The notes under the pieces are model-generated. The model worked only from the letters and a program-made list of their open reading frames with translations. It was not told where the DNA came from and did no database searches. Source: Geosiphon pyriformis uo1 (Eukaryota > Fungi > Glomeromycota). From it: a stretch of DNA of 64,000 nt. Shown piece after piece: positions 22,890 through 36,091 of the stretch. Location: the NCBI GenBank assembly GCA_016748015.1, contig JAAOMT010000295.1, forward strand, positions 434,001 through 498,000, written 5' to 3'. Both the position numbers and the translations under genes were made by a program. How positions within the stretch are numbered: position 1 is the stretch's first letter; each line of letters opens with the position of its first letter.

Positions 22890-25800
22890 ATAGATAATTA
22901 GAAATTATTATTGGGTCTTGTTTTATATTTTACCAATTAGAACAAATACTTATAATTTTTCTGATCTTTTGATGTCTTATAATAAGAAAACTTGCTTTAT
23001 TGGTTGTAATTTAAGTTTTTATATATGTAACAAATGTGTTGTAGTTTGGTTTGCCAACAAAAAGCCACTGTTAATTCTGCTTCAGTTTTTAAAAATCTAA
23101 ATTTGCATTAAACTGGTTTTTTTTGGCCTATTGTATTTAGTATAAACAATTAAGTCATGTTTCTAATATATGTTTAGTAGATAAAAATCTAGGTAGTCAC
23201 AGTAAAAGAATAATTAATTTTCTAAATCAGATTTGTTTGGCAAATATATATAAGAAAAAACAAGTGCCAATTGCTTATTAAGTCTTATTTGGTGGAAAGA
23301 CTTAGACTTAAATTGCTGGTAGTTCTATTTCTCATGTGGTGTCTTTGGTCTCTTTTGGTACTAGTTCATTTTTGGATGTTAAACTTTTCTTGTTAGTTTT
23401 TCTAAAAGTAAATAATAGGTTTGTCATTCTTAAATGCAATCTTGTTAGCTTTACAGAGCAAATAAACAAGCTGGCTAAGAGATTAGATGTACTTAGATTA
23501 ATGGTTTTCCAGTCTAGTTTTAAATATTAATTATTGGTAATTTTTTTATTACAGAATTAAGAGACAGATATAGTAATAAATGAAAGTTTAGATGCAGTTA
23601 CTAGTAATAAAACTGTTGCAAAAACAAAGTCTTTGGTTTAGTTAGTTATTTTAAGATTGAAAAAAAACATAAACAATTTATTAGTTATGACTATATGCTT
23701 AATAACCAAAATGAACAATATTAGTTTGAGTTTAAACACTCTTTTTTCTCAATGACTAATCTTATATAGAAAATTGCTACATGTAATATTAAAGATATAA
23801 ACAACTTTGTCAAACAAACAGATATTATTTATTAATATAAAGATATGAATAATTTGATTTTTATAATAATTAAAACAAAATTAAAAGAAAAGATCTATTT
23901 ATAGATTGTTAACAAATTTAATGATATTTGTGTGTTTATTTCTGATTTAAACTCTGGTTACTTGAATTTTGGTGTTGTAATTATTATAAATATTGCATTG
24001 GCAAAACATATATACAAAGTATTTAAGATTAATGACCAGTTTTTGTCTATTAAACTGTTATTTAAAAATAAACTTTCTGTTTTAATTTTGGAGCTGTATA
24101 CTGATACTGTATTAATAACATGCTTGGCTCAAGCTGAAGAGATTAATTTATTGATTGTGAAAACTGTGAACAAATTTTTTTTTGTAATTTTAGTAGTAAT
24201 TTCAATAAGAATGATTCTTACAGATGTGCTAGTTTTAAGAAATGTTTTGATCTAAAATTGGTTAATTCTTTGGTAAAAAGCTTGGTTGCAAAAACTTTAA
24301 TATAGAAGAATTCTAAAAGTGTTGAAAAAACAATTGATTTTATATTTATTTACTTAAATTTAATTAATATAGTAATAGATTATAATATTCTAAATATTAG
24401 AGAGTATTTTGACACTAATTATTAGGCAGTTTCTGTCTTTGTAAGTTTAGATAGTTTACTGAATATGCATTTGAACTCTTTTTATAAGCAGATAAATAGA
24501 AATTGTTGAAAGTTTGACTTTAAAAATACTAATAATATAAAATAAAACAGATTTAAAAATATTATAATGATTAATACTATAATGTTTTTTAATAAGTATA
24601 TTGTATCTAAAAGTTTCTCAAATATAGATATAATGTAAAATGTTATTCATAAAATCATAAGTTTATTAGCCAATGAAGTGTTTAAAAAAAAATAGTTCAA
24701 AAATTTCAATGATATTTTTACCAAAAATTTTTTTAAGTTTTGTAAATTAAAAGTTTTAGTTTTAAAATTTGTTAAAGTTTTATATATAAAGACCAATAAT
24801 AAATTTGTTTTTTTAATGAAATACTAGATGTCTTTAGACAGTAATAAAGACTTAAGTATTTAAGCTTTGTTAGATTCTAATGCTAATTTTAATTGTATAA
24901 GATTTATTTTATTTTATATAAGAAAATTTTATTGTGTTTCTAAGCTTGTTGAATTGTTAAAGACTAAAAAATTAAATATTAGATCTGTTATTAACAAGTA
25001 AATAAATAGTTTTGCTGTCAATAAAAATTACACAATCAGAAATATATTAGAGTATCTATTTTGAAAAGTAGTTTTAAACCACTTAGTTATTAATAATAAA
25101 TTGGTTTTGGATCTTAATAAGATCAAATTTAAGATTAATGTAATAATAAAAAGTTGGACAAAAAAGAAACTAATGTTAAATAGTGTTCTTAATATGTAAT
25201 ATTATTAATATTTGTTATTGGTTTATGTTAATAATAATGCTTTTTTTGATATTATAGACATTATTGCTTATAATAATATGTTATAGATAGTTAAAAACTT
25301 ACCAGATAAAAAGGCCACTAATTTGTCTGATATTACTAATGAACTTTGAAAACATTATAATGATTTTGTTTTTATGATGCTCTTAGATCTTTTGAACTTT
25401 TATTTGGTATGTAAATCTGTATTTTAATCTTGAAAGAAAATTTGGGTATCAATGATTCTTAAACTTTATAAATGAAAAAAAGTTTTAAAAAATACCAAAC
25501 CAATAGTTCTAATTGAAACTGCTCAAAAAATTCTTTCCAAAATACTTTTAGATAGAATTTCATTGGTCTGTAACAAATTTAATATTCTTTATAATAACAA
25601 TTTTTTTGTATTAAAAAGCACTACTATTTAGTCTTTTATTTTTGCAGTAAGCTTAGTAATCGAAAATACATTAGAAAAAAGTCATAAACTTTGACTGGTT
25701 TTGCAGAATATGTAAAAAGTCTATAATTCTGTTAATTAATATTATTTAAAAGATAATTTAATTTAAATAAAAATATGTAATTAATTCATCAGGTTTTTTG

Positions 25801-25969
25801 GTAGTATCTACAATAATAAAATTAATCAGATTATAACAAATTATGGATTCACTAATAGATATTAAATACATAATGGTCTGGATCAAAGTAAGATCTTTTT
25901 TTTTCTGCTTTAAAGAATTTTTTATGATCTTTTTTTGTGTAAAGTTAAAAGACATAAAAACTTGTATGG

Positions 25970-26867
25970 TGTTACTCATAAAAAAGAAAACAGATATAGA
26001 AAAATAGTAGACCAATAAGAGAATAGTATTTAGCACATGAGCATATTACTCAGCAATATAGAGCAATGTCAGAAATCATGGCACATTGCTCAGCAATATG
26101 GAGCAATGTCAGAAAACATGGCACATTGCTCAGCAATGTGGAGCAATATTAGAAAATTAGAGCACATCACTCAGCAATGTGAGCATTGCTCAAAAAATCA
26201 TAGCATATTGCTCGGAAATGTGAGTGATTTCATAGAACATCAATTATGTATATATAGTGGTAGTGTTAGAAGTAGAAAGGGCAGAATTCTTCTGTTAGAA
26301 ATCTTAAAATCACAAATATTAAATAAATAAATCATCTATTATCCAAATTCACTTTCTACTATCAACACTTCATGTTGATAACAAGTAATACTTAACCACA
26401 CTGGAACAATAGCTCTTGATCATGGCTATTAACAGAATACTAACTTGTTCATTGTCTTGGCTTATTCTTTATTTTTTTTTCTTTTCATTTTTTTTTTCTT
26501 TATTTTGATTTTGTTGGTTACTAAAACTTGATTGAAGATTAAAATGCTGAGTTATTGATGTCATGGATAGCCTGGTAAAAGACCCAGAAATAAGGGTAGA
26601 ATTATATATATATTATCAGATAGCTTATCAGAAGGAAACAAATGCCAGAATAAATCTGACCACCAAGCTGAGAAAAAAATTAGGAAATGACTTACAAGAA
26701 AACTGCTAATAACATAAACAAGAAATCTCTGTTTATTATACAAAGGACTCAACTCTAAAACCTTCAAACACTACCAACATATCAGTATTACCAGCCTTAT
26801 TAAGATATTGAGCACCAAGTTACAGATTTGTTATTTGATTTGAGACTCCAAATAATCATCTGTAACA
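25970..26867 (+). repeat. 5' LTR of the family A element, with a U3 tandem array and TATA box near 26249
   Basis: TGTTAC...TGTAACA; direct repeat of 35225-36091, longer by about 30 bp within the tandem array. Confidence 0.95.
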
Positions 26868-26869
26868 TT

Positions 26870-26882
26870 TGGTGCTCCCTGT
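26870..26882 (+). promoter_or_regulatory. Primer binding site of the family A element (TGGTGCTCCCTGT)
   Basis: TGG-initiated, 2 nt after the 5' LTR; first 8 nt identical to the family B PBS. Confidence 0.82.
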
Positions 26883-26919
26883 AAAGTATAATCCTACAGA
26901 GAACCAGCACTATCAACAA

Positions 26920-29900
26920 TCATCCAAAAGTGGCAGAATCAGAAATCATAAGGACAAACCATTTAGGATTCACCAAATTCTTATTTCAACAGTACAGTTA
27001 ACAATTAGGATTGAACAATAATCATTTCCCAGCAGAATTAGCCTTCAACTTCTACATCAATAATAAAATCACAGATTGCTTAGAAAGAACAGTTAACATT
27101 GAATTAGCAAGAAAAAACTTCTATACAGAATTATTTCAACATACCAGCTTACCAAAAAACTACAGTTTTACATCAATTATTAGGGAAATCAATCAAACTA
27201 TTAAAAAATATACACAACAACAATTCCCCATCACCTATGCAGATAAAGGCAAAGGAAAATTGCAAACCCCAGCAGTAACACCAAAACAAATCCAACCACC
27301 CAATTGAAAGAAAACCCAAGTTGAATTACCCACCAATTCATTATATCATTATATGTCTGGAAGTGCCATTAACATCTTATCAACAGACACGTCTACATTA
27401 AACACAACATCAACCTTTGGATGCTTCTCATTTCAAAGTAAACAATGAAAAGCAGAGTTATTAGGACCATATGGTGATTACTTTAAAAGATTTAAATTAC
27501 AATCACCAATGCCATCAGGATTTCAATCACCATCACCACAGCCAGATTTTGGAACTGCAAGTTCCTGAGAATTAACAGAATCGGAAGAGGAACAGGAAGA
27601 AAAAGAATCTGAAGATCAAAAATTTACTTACCAAAACCCAATTCCAGAAAACCTGGAAATTGAAACTCCAAATTTTTAAACACAGCACAATTAAAATCCC
27701 GACATTAATAATCAACAACACTTACCTCCAGTAATCATAATCAATCCACCTACAGCTCCACTAATTGATAAATGGCAACAACAGCCACTTCAACCACCTC
27801 AACTATCACAGCAGCTGCTTCCACAGCCACAACAACAACTTCAACAACTAAACTAAGATCCAATGGCCTACACTCCAATAGCAAAACTCAAGAAATTCAC
27901 TGGTGAAGAGGACGATGCCCAAGTATGGCTTAACGATGTAGAAAAAGCCATTGTAGCTAATGAATGAAATAACACCAGAGCCATGCAAGCCATCCCATAT
28001 TTTCTCTAGGATACTGCTAATTCATGATACCAAAGTCTGGTCAACAAACCCCAAGATTTTAATGCATTCAAAATAGAGTTTTTAAGATACTTTAGCAACA
28101 ATAACAGCATTAAGAGGCTAGTAAACACCTTTACTACCATCAAACAAGGAGAAAATGAAGCAGTCACTACTTACTTAGGACACTTCCACAGGAATTTGTA
28201 CCAGATCCAAGTCATCAACCCCAATTATTTCACAGTAGCCCAGATTTTAAATCAGTTTATTCGTGGATTATGCAGTAGCATTCTGCAATGTGTACGTTCA
28301 ATGCATTCTATTAATCTGCAAGCAGCCATCACAAATGCCAGAGATTTTGAAGCCACTAAACTCGAAACTAATTATGTCCAAGCTGTTAATCTAGTAATGA
28401 ATAGATCATTTGAATTGGATTCCAAACTGAAACAATTTAGTGATTCCATCAATTAGAAATTAGAGGGATACTTAGCTAACAATCGTGTAATTTATCAACC
28501 ACTACAATAATGTAATAATTCTGGAAATGTGAATCATTTTCAGAATTAGTTATGTCTATCATCGTCGACCAATCAACAGTGGCAACAGAAAACACGTGTT
28601 TGCCACTATTGTAATAAACAAAAACACCTACAAATTGATTGCCACCATTGCTTAAATAACCAATGATTGGGAAATCAATATCGAAACCCCAATCACCAGT
28701 TTTCAATTCCGAATAACCCACCAAACTCCGAACTATATCATCAGAATTACTTACTTATGACGCAGCAGACACCTTATTAACAACCAGTATATCAAATGCC
28801 AATTTATCAACCAATGACACCAGTAATTTATCAGCCACAGCCACAACCCATTTATCAGCTGCAGCCTCAGATAATATATCAGCCCCAACAAATTCAAATA
28901 CTGCCACAAAACTTATCTCAAAACAGAACCCAAAGGCTGAGATTGACCCAACAAAGCTGGAGATCATTGATAGTAGTCTATCAACCAATCTCCAGTCCTA
29001 CAGCACAACCATCAGGCTCTCAACAATGGAATTTGGGCACCAGGTATGCCTAAAACCCAAATTTTCAGAACTATTTAAGTTTCTTGATCACCTCAGAAGA
29101 TGCCCAATTCAATAACCCGGAAACCAACCAACACTCAATACTTACCAGCAACATTCTGTTAGCTATCATCACCGAAAACGAAACGCTAGACACCATCTTT
29201 CCATTTGAACTTAAAAAACTGTTAACTACACCATTATTTAGTGGAGACACTCTGGAAGAAAAATCCATAACTGCCATATACACTAATGCCAAAGTTGATG
29301 ATCACTCCATCAAACTGATCTTGGACAGTAGATCAGCTGGCAGCATAATTACAAAACAACTCATGGACCAATTAGGTTGTTGAGTTGATCGAGCTGCCAG
29401 CATATGTATCATCACAGCTAATGAAGTGACCAAAACTCCAATCAGTAAAATCGATAACTTCCCGATTGAGATCAATGGCATCACAATACCCATTAAAGTC
29501 CTTGTGATAGAAGCCACTCAGTACTAAGTGCTAGTTAGTAATGACTGGCTTACCAAAACAAATGCCATCCTCAATTAGATCACTCAGGAGTTGCAGCTCA
29601 GCCAGAATGGCTAACACACGAGGGTACCAGCAACATGTGGCCATTTCAAACCCAACATTATGCCAGCCCCACTAATTGAGTTCGAGATAGAGGAAAGGAA
29701 ACCAACATGGGAAGCATATCAAGTTTTGTGGGCCGATGAAAACCACAACAAGCTGCCACTAATATTATTATGGGATGACAATAGAAAAGGAAAACAAAGA
29801 AAAGAACTTACCTGAGAAACTGATGACCTGATTTAGACCAACAATGATAAAAATGAGCCAACACCAAACTGGGAATGGAAAAAAGAAAACAATAAAGGAA

Positions 29901-32900
29901 AAAAAAAGAGAAAGAAGAAAAAACAACAACCACTAACACCACTTCTTCTAACTTCTACACTTACATTACACCACCACAATTCATCTATCATTGACCAAAA
30001 CTTATATGCATCGATTGTGGCAAGAAATTGTTGTCAATAGGTGCATACTGTGGCAACAATGAGGAATATGCAACAGCAACCAAATTCTACTGTTGCATAT
30101 GTGTTATAGAAAGGTTTAGATGACCAAAGAAACAAAGAAAATAGAACAACCAATTTTGTCTCACTTGTGGAGAAACTTTCTTGAATGAAGGAATGTGGAA
30201 CAACATTCCAGAGTGAGGAGAAATGTGCGATAAATTGTGCCAATACACAATTCTAATCAGCGACTGAGTAAAAAAAGGGACACTGATAAAAGCAGCCTGG
30301 AGAAGAGCAGTACAATGATTAGACAGTTGTTCACACAATGATAACAAAATCTGGCAAATGGCACTTGCAAAAATAGAAGGAGTGACATCCGAAGAAATTA
30401 GAGAGATCAAAAACAACCCATCAGAGCCTATAGAACTTGATTAAGATGAAGAACCAGCCATAAATTTCCTAAAACCAGAAGAATTTCATGAATACTATCA
30501 AACTTTGGCATCCACAAGAGAAGAACAGGAAGAGCATTTAGCACAGTTAAACACTCGACTATGTAACTACTGTTTGATTTCATGTGACTTTCAATATTGT
30601 AATGAGTGTGACCTCATTTACAATTCACTACTGCACATGATCTACACAATTCCAGAGGAAAAAAAACCAATCAGCAGCTGTACATCGGAATTGGAATCAA
30701 CTTTCAATTCCGATTCAAACTTCGACAATAATGACAATGAAAACAATGGCTCCAGCTCCACTCTAAATAGCAACAAAAATTACAACAATTCAAACTTTGA
30801 TTTAAACTCCAAAACATTTATTGCCTTTTTGATCTCTCCAAGGAACAGGAACTCAAATGATATAGTGATAATAATGAAGATATTATGCCAGAACATGCAC
30901 ATAATACTGATGCAGGGTTTGATCTGAGATATTCAAGAAAAAAAGCCATCAAATTAAAACCAAAGTCACACACATGTATTGATCTCAAAATAGCTCTGGA
31001 AATTTCAGTAACAATCATGGTCCAATTAGCATCTAGGAGCAGTTTAGTGAAAAAAAAATCAACATCAGAAAAGGAATAATTGATGCAGGATACATAGGAA
31101 ATATCATTGCCATGCTACAAAATGACTTAGAAAAGACCTATATTATAGAACTAAATGAAAAAATAGCACAGACAATATTCTTACCTTTGGTGAAGATAGC
31201 TCAGTTAGTTTCAGTGGGAAAAAGGGAAAAATTAGGTATAACAGCAAGAGGGATACAGGAATTTGGATCAACAAGTAGAATAGATATACTAGTTAATATG
31301 GCAAAAGAAGAAATTGTTGACAAAAGAGAAACTATTTCAACCTGTCAAACAATTTCCATTCCACCATATGACCAGTATATATTAGCCATAAAAAGGGAAG
31401 TAAGAGATCAAGCTCAATTGTTTGAAGCAGAAGCCACTATTTGTGAATCAGGAGAAATTGGACTCACCAATCTCTACATATCAGCCAAAAACCCCAAAAA
31501 TATCAAAATTCCCATCTACAATACAACCGGAAGTATTATCAAAATACCAAAAGAAACCATCATTGAATATTTAACCACTGAAGTTGAGGATCAACCACCA
31601 AATCACATTCCAGATTTTTCACAGCTTTGTAGATATGTGGACATTACATCACAAACCATCTATGGAAGAAGTGAATGTTATCTGCTTCAACCAAAACAAT
31701 TGGAACAGATAAACATAGAGAATCTAGATCCACTTCAACAAATACAACTCAAGATGTTACTCAACAACTTCAATGACATCTTTGCCAGTGAAAATGAATT
31801 TGGCCAAACCAACATCATCTAGTATTAGATCAAAATTAGAGATACAATGCCAATTAAACAAAGAGCATACAGAGTACCACTAGCTAGTCATGAGATCATT
31901 TGTCAAGAAATTAACCAAATGCTTAACAATAGGCTAATTCAGCCATCAATGAGTCTATGGTCATCACCAGTGATACTAGTCCAAAAGAAAAATGGGAAAA
32001 TCTGCTTTTGTGTAAATTACCAGAAACTAAATGGAATAACAAAAGGTGATAGCTATCCAACTCCAAAGATCCAAGAACTATTCGACGCTTTTGGAGAAAA
32101 TAAATGGTTCTCAACATTAGATTTAGATAGTAATACTGGCAAGTAGCCATAGATCCAGCCGACAAAGAAAAAACAGTGTTCACCACAAGAGAAGAAAATT
32201 TTGAGTTTGAAGTCATGTCATTTGGCTTAATGAATGCTTTAGCAACATTCCAATGGCTCATGGAGATTGTCTATACTGGATTACTATAGAAATCAGTAGT
32301 TGTATACTTGGATAACACCAATGTGTTCTCAAAAACATTTGATGATCATCTGCACCATTTTTAACAAGTGTTTGAAAGATTAAAAAGAACAGGATTGAAA
32401 CTAAACACAACCAAATGCTTCTTTGGAAAAACTGAACTCAAGTTTTTGAAACATGTAGTGAGCAAAGATGGAATCAAAATGGATCCAAACAAAATCAAAG
32501 TAGTTAAAAACTTTCTGGTACCAACCAACTTAACAGAACTAAGGGCATTTTTAGGTTTCACAGGCTATTATCGCCATTTTATCAAAGACTTTTCAAAACT
32601 GGCTCAGCCACTTTACCATCTACAGACCAAGAATGTGAAGTATAAATAGACTAAAGCTCAACAAGAAGCGTTTGACACATTAAGAAGAAAGCTTATCTAA
32701 GCTCCAGTATTGATGTATTCAGATCACAGCAAACTATTCATAATTACCACCAATACATCAGGTCAAGCATTGGGAGCAGTATTATCACAGAAAGGATCAG
32801 ATGAAAAAGAATATTTAGTAGCTTATGCCAGTAAAAGCTTAAGTTCAGCTGAAAAAAACTATGGAACTCCAGCACTAGAACACTTAGCTATTTATTGGGC

Positions 32901-33108
32901 TGTTATCAAATAGAGAGAATACTTGAGTTAAAAGTTTGAAGTATATATTGATCACAAAGGATTGACTTCAATTCAGAAACAAGAATTTGCAGACAATTAC
33001 CATACCAGATAGAAAATAAAACTTTTATCATTTAATTATACAGTACATTATAAAAAAGGAAAAGACAATGGAAATGCTGATGGACTGTCACGAATGAAAC
33101 AAATCTAA
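26920..33108 (+). pseudogene. Family A polyprotein: pre-Gag domain, Gag, protease, Cys-rich domain, dUTPase, RT, RNase H
   Basis: MAYTPIAKLKKFTGEEDDAQVWL (27862), CHYCNKQKHLQIDC knuckle (~28601), LILDSRSAGSII, HAHNTDAGFDL...RGIQEFGST, VYLDNT (YLDD with G>A), FLGFTGYYRHFI, NADGLSRMKQI-stop. Confidence 0.92.
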
Positions 33109-33140
33109 AAACATTTCAACCCAAAAAAATATAACAAAAG

Positions 33141-34478
33141 ATGAATACACAAAAATACCAACAACTTTAGCATTATATAAATACTCAATTGTTCAAGAAG
33201 AAATTATCTCAAAAGAAACAAAACAACATAAAACAACAATCAAAATATTTTATCAATCATCAAAATATATTCTACCAGAAAAACAGAAGAAATCCAGACC
33301 AACCAATTAGAGTAATCACAGAACCAGAGAAAGAGACAATATTATTTAACATGCACTCAGATCCAACAGCAGGACATTTTCATAAAAAAGCGACCATAGA
33401 AAGAACCAAAAAAAGATATTATTGGCTATCAATGTATCCAGACATCATCCAATATGTTCAAAATTGTGATGCTTGTTAAAGAAGAGGAGGAACAAGACCA
33501 AGTGAACCATTAAGACCAATCAAAGTGGAACAACCATTCGATCACATTGGAATTGACTTAGTTGGACCATTAATAGTCACCAGTAAAGACAACAGATATA
33601 TTGCAGTAGCCATGGATTATCTTACTAAATGGCCAGAAGCAAAAGCCATTCAAAGAGCAGATGCAGAATCTGTTGCTGAATTCATCCATCAAAATTTGAT
33701 ATGTTGACATAAATGTCCAAAAGAACTATTATCAGACCAAGAAACTCACTTTGTGAACAGAACACTAGCAGAATTGAGCCAAAGATTCGGAATTAAAAGA
33801 CCATTATCATCACCATATCATCCATAAACAAACAGTTTAGTTGAAAGATTTAATAGAACATTATGTGAAGCAGTCACCAAACTCAGCCAAGAAAACCAGA
33901 ATGAATGGGATTTGTTCATATTATCAGTACTATTTGCTTATCGGACAATGAAGCAAGATACTATACAAGCAACATCATTTGAATTAGTATATGGTAGAAC
34001 AGCAACAATACCAGTTAAGATAAAAGTTAACACATATCCAACTAAACCAATAACAGAAAAGAATTTCTAGAAAATACTGTTGAGAAGAACATATGACTTA
34101 ATAAAAACATTGGAAAACAAATGAAAAAGAGCAGCTGATAATATTCAAAAGTCACAAGAGAAACAAAAAGAAAGACATAATAGTTAACTACTAGACAAAC
34201 CAGTGGAGTTCAAGTTTGGAGACAAAGTACTCTTACATTGTACCAAAGCAGAAAAACAATGAAGTGGAAAATTTGACCCCAAATGAGATGAACCATTTCA
34301 CATAGAAAAAATTCTAGAAAGTAGAGCTTATAGACTAAGATGAAACAACAAAATCTTAGCCAAAACAGCACATGGTGATCAACTGAAACCATATTACCAA
34401 ATAGCATTATCATTTATTAATAATATTCTACAATTAGGAGTACAATGAATATTAGTTCAACTAGATGAGATTCCATGA
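33141..34478 (+). pseudogene. Integrase ORF of the family A element (own ATG)
   Basis: ATG at 33141 is in frame with HSDPTAGH...CDAC, GIDLVGPL, LSDQETHF, LVERFNRTL and a GPF-like C-terminal module. Confidence 0.88.
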
Positions 34479-35210
34479 GATCTGGAACCAATTATAATCA
34501 TTGGGCCAAACACGTAAAATCAGACAGTAAAAGAGTATATAAAGAGACAGTATACGTGACAAAGCAACCAAGAAAAATGGAAATACCAGATTATATTCAC
34601 ACTATAGCTCAACAATTATTCCAGGCCTTAAGTCAACAATCTTTAAACATGGAAGTTATTATTAACAACTAAACAATTTGCTATCAAAACATCAAAAGAA
34701 AGATAAAAAATACACCATATTAGTGAGTACCAAAGAATGATAAAAACTGGTCAGACAACATAATAGAAAAAGTAAAAAACACTTTTGGAAAAATACCTAT
34801 TATGGCACCAACAGAAGAACTGACAAAAGAAAATTGGAAGCAATGAACAGAACAACTTCCAATATCATACTGTTACTATCAGTTAGATTGGAAGTTGAAT
34901 ATTCAGGAGTTGTATATCGACAAATCCAAGAAAATATTCAACCAAAACATAATACAACAAATTGAAGAATTTATTGAAAAGAAACAAATTCAACACTACA
35001 TGTTAAAACAATGTACTGACTACACAACATATTTCGGAACAACTCAGAAATACTGTTACACTCTGAAATGGAAACCATAACTATTAACCAATAAAGAAGA
35101 ATAAACAATACATAAGTAGAAGACATGAGAAACAGAGTTGAACAAACAATACTGGAAAATGAAATATTAGAATTAATTTAAAAAGAAGATTTTGATAGAG
35201 CTCAATATTA
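34475..35210 (+). pseudogene. Family A accessory ORF3; function unknown
   Basis: ORF pieces 34475-34672 and 34895-35080 are in the same frame; homologous remnants at ~19570-20310 (+) and ~430-1180 (-). Confidence 0.68.
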
Positions 35211-35224
35211 AAAAAAGGAGATAA

Positions 35225-36091
35225 TATTACTCATAAAAAAGAAAACAGATATAGAAAAATAGTAAACCAACAAGAGAATAGTATTTAGCACATGAGCATA
35301 TTGCTCAGCAATATGGAGCAATGTCAGAAATCATGGCACATTGCTCAGCAATATGCAGCAATGTGGAGCAATATTAGAAAATTAGAGCACATCACTCAGT
35401 AATGTCAGCATTGCTCAAGAAATTATAGCACATTATTCGGAAATATGAGCAATCTTGTAGAACATCAATTATGTATATATAGCAGTAGTGTTAGAAGTAG
35501 AAAAGGCAGAATTTTTCTATTAGAAATCTTAAAATCACAAATATTAAATAAATAAATCATCTACTATCCAAATTCACTCTCTACTATTAACACTTCATGT
35601 TGATAACAAGTAATACTTAACCACACTGGAACAATAGCTCTTGATCATGGCTATTGATGAGATACTAACTTGTTCATTATCTTGGCTTATTCTTTATTTT
35701 TCTTTTTTTTCTTTTTTTTTTCTTTATTTTGATTTTATTGGTTACTAAAACTTAATTGAAAATTAAAACACTGAGTTATTAACGTCATGGATAGCCTGGT
35801 AAAAGACCCAGAAATAAGAGTAGAATTATATATATATTATCGGATAGCTTACCAAAAAGGCACAAATACCAGAATAAATCCAACCACCAAGCTGAAAAAG
35901 AAATTAGGAAATGATTTACAAGAAAACTGCTAATAACATAAACAAAAAATTTCTGTCTATTATACAAAAGACTTAACTTTAAAACCTTCAGACACCACCA
36001 ATGTACTAGTATTACCAGTCTTGTCAAGATATTGAGCACCAAGTTACGAATTTGTTATTTGATTTGAGACCCCAAATAATCATCTGTAACA
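35225..36091 (+). repeat. 3' LTR of the family A element
   Basis: Direct repeat of 25970-26867; begins TA (mutated TG), ends CA. Confidence 0.95.

Larger units (their letters stand above)
25970..36091 (+). mobile_element. Full-length Ty3/Gypsy LTR retrotransposon, family A (dUTPase-bearing), inserted in the LINE RT domain
   Basis: LTRs 25970-26867 and 35225-36091, TSD ATGG/ATAG, PBS at 26870, PPT 35209-35224; the LINE sequence rejoins across the insertion. Confidence 0.97.

Noticed and set aside
26038-26230. Palindromic ~40-bp repeats as CRISPR-like, and ORF 26037-26330 as a gene
   Set aside because: They lie inside an LTR and recur in the partner LTR; the ORF is a by-product of the array.
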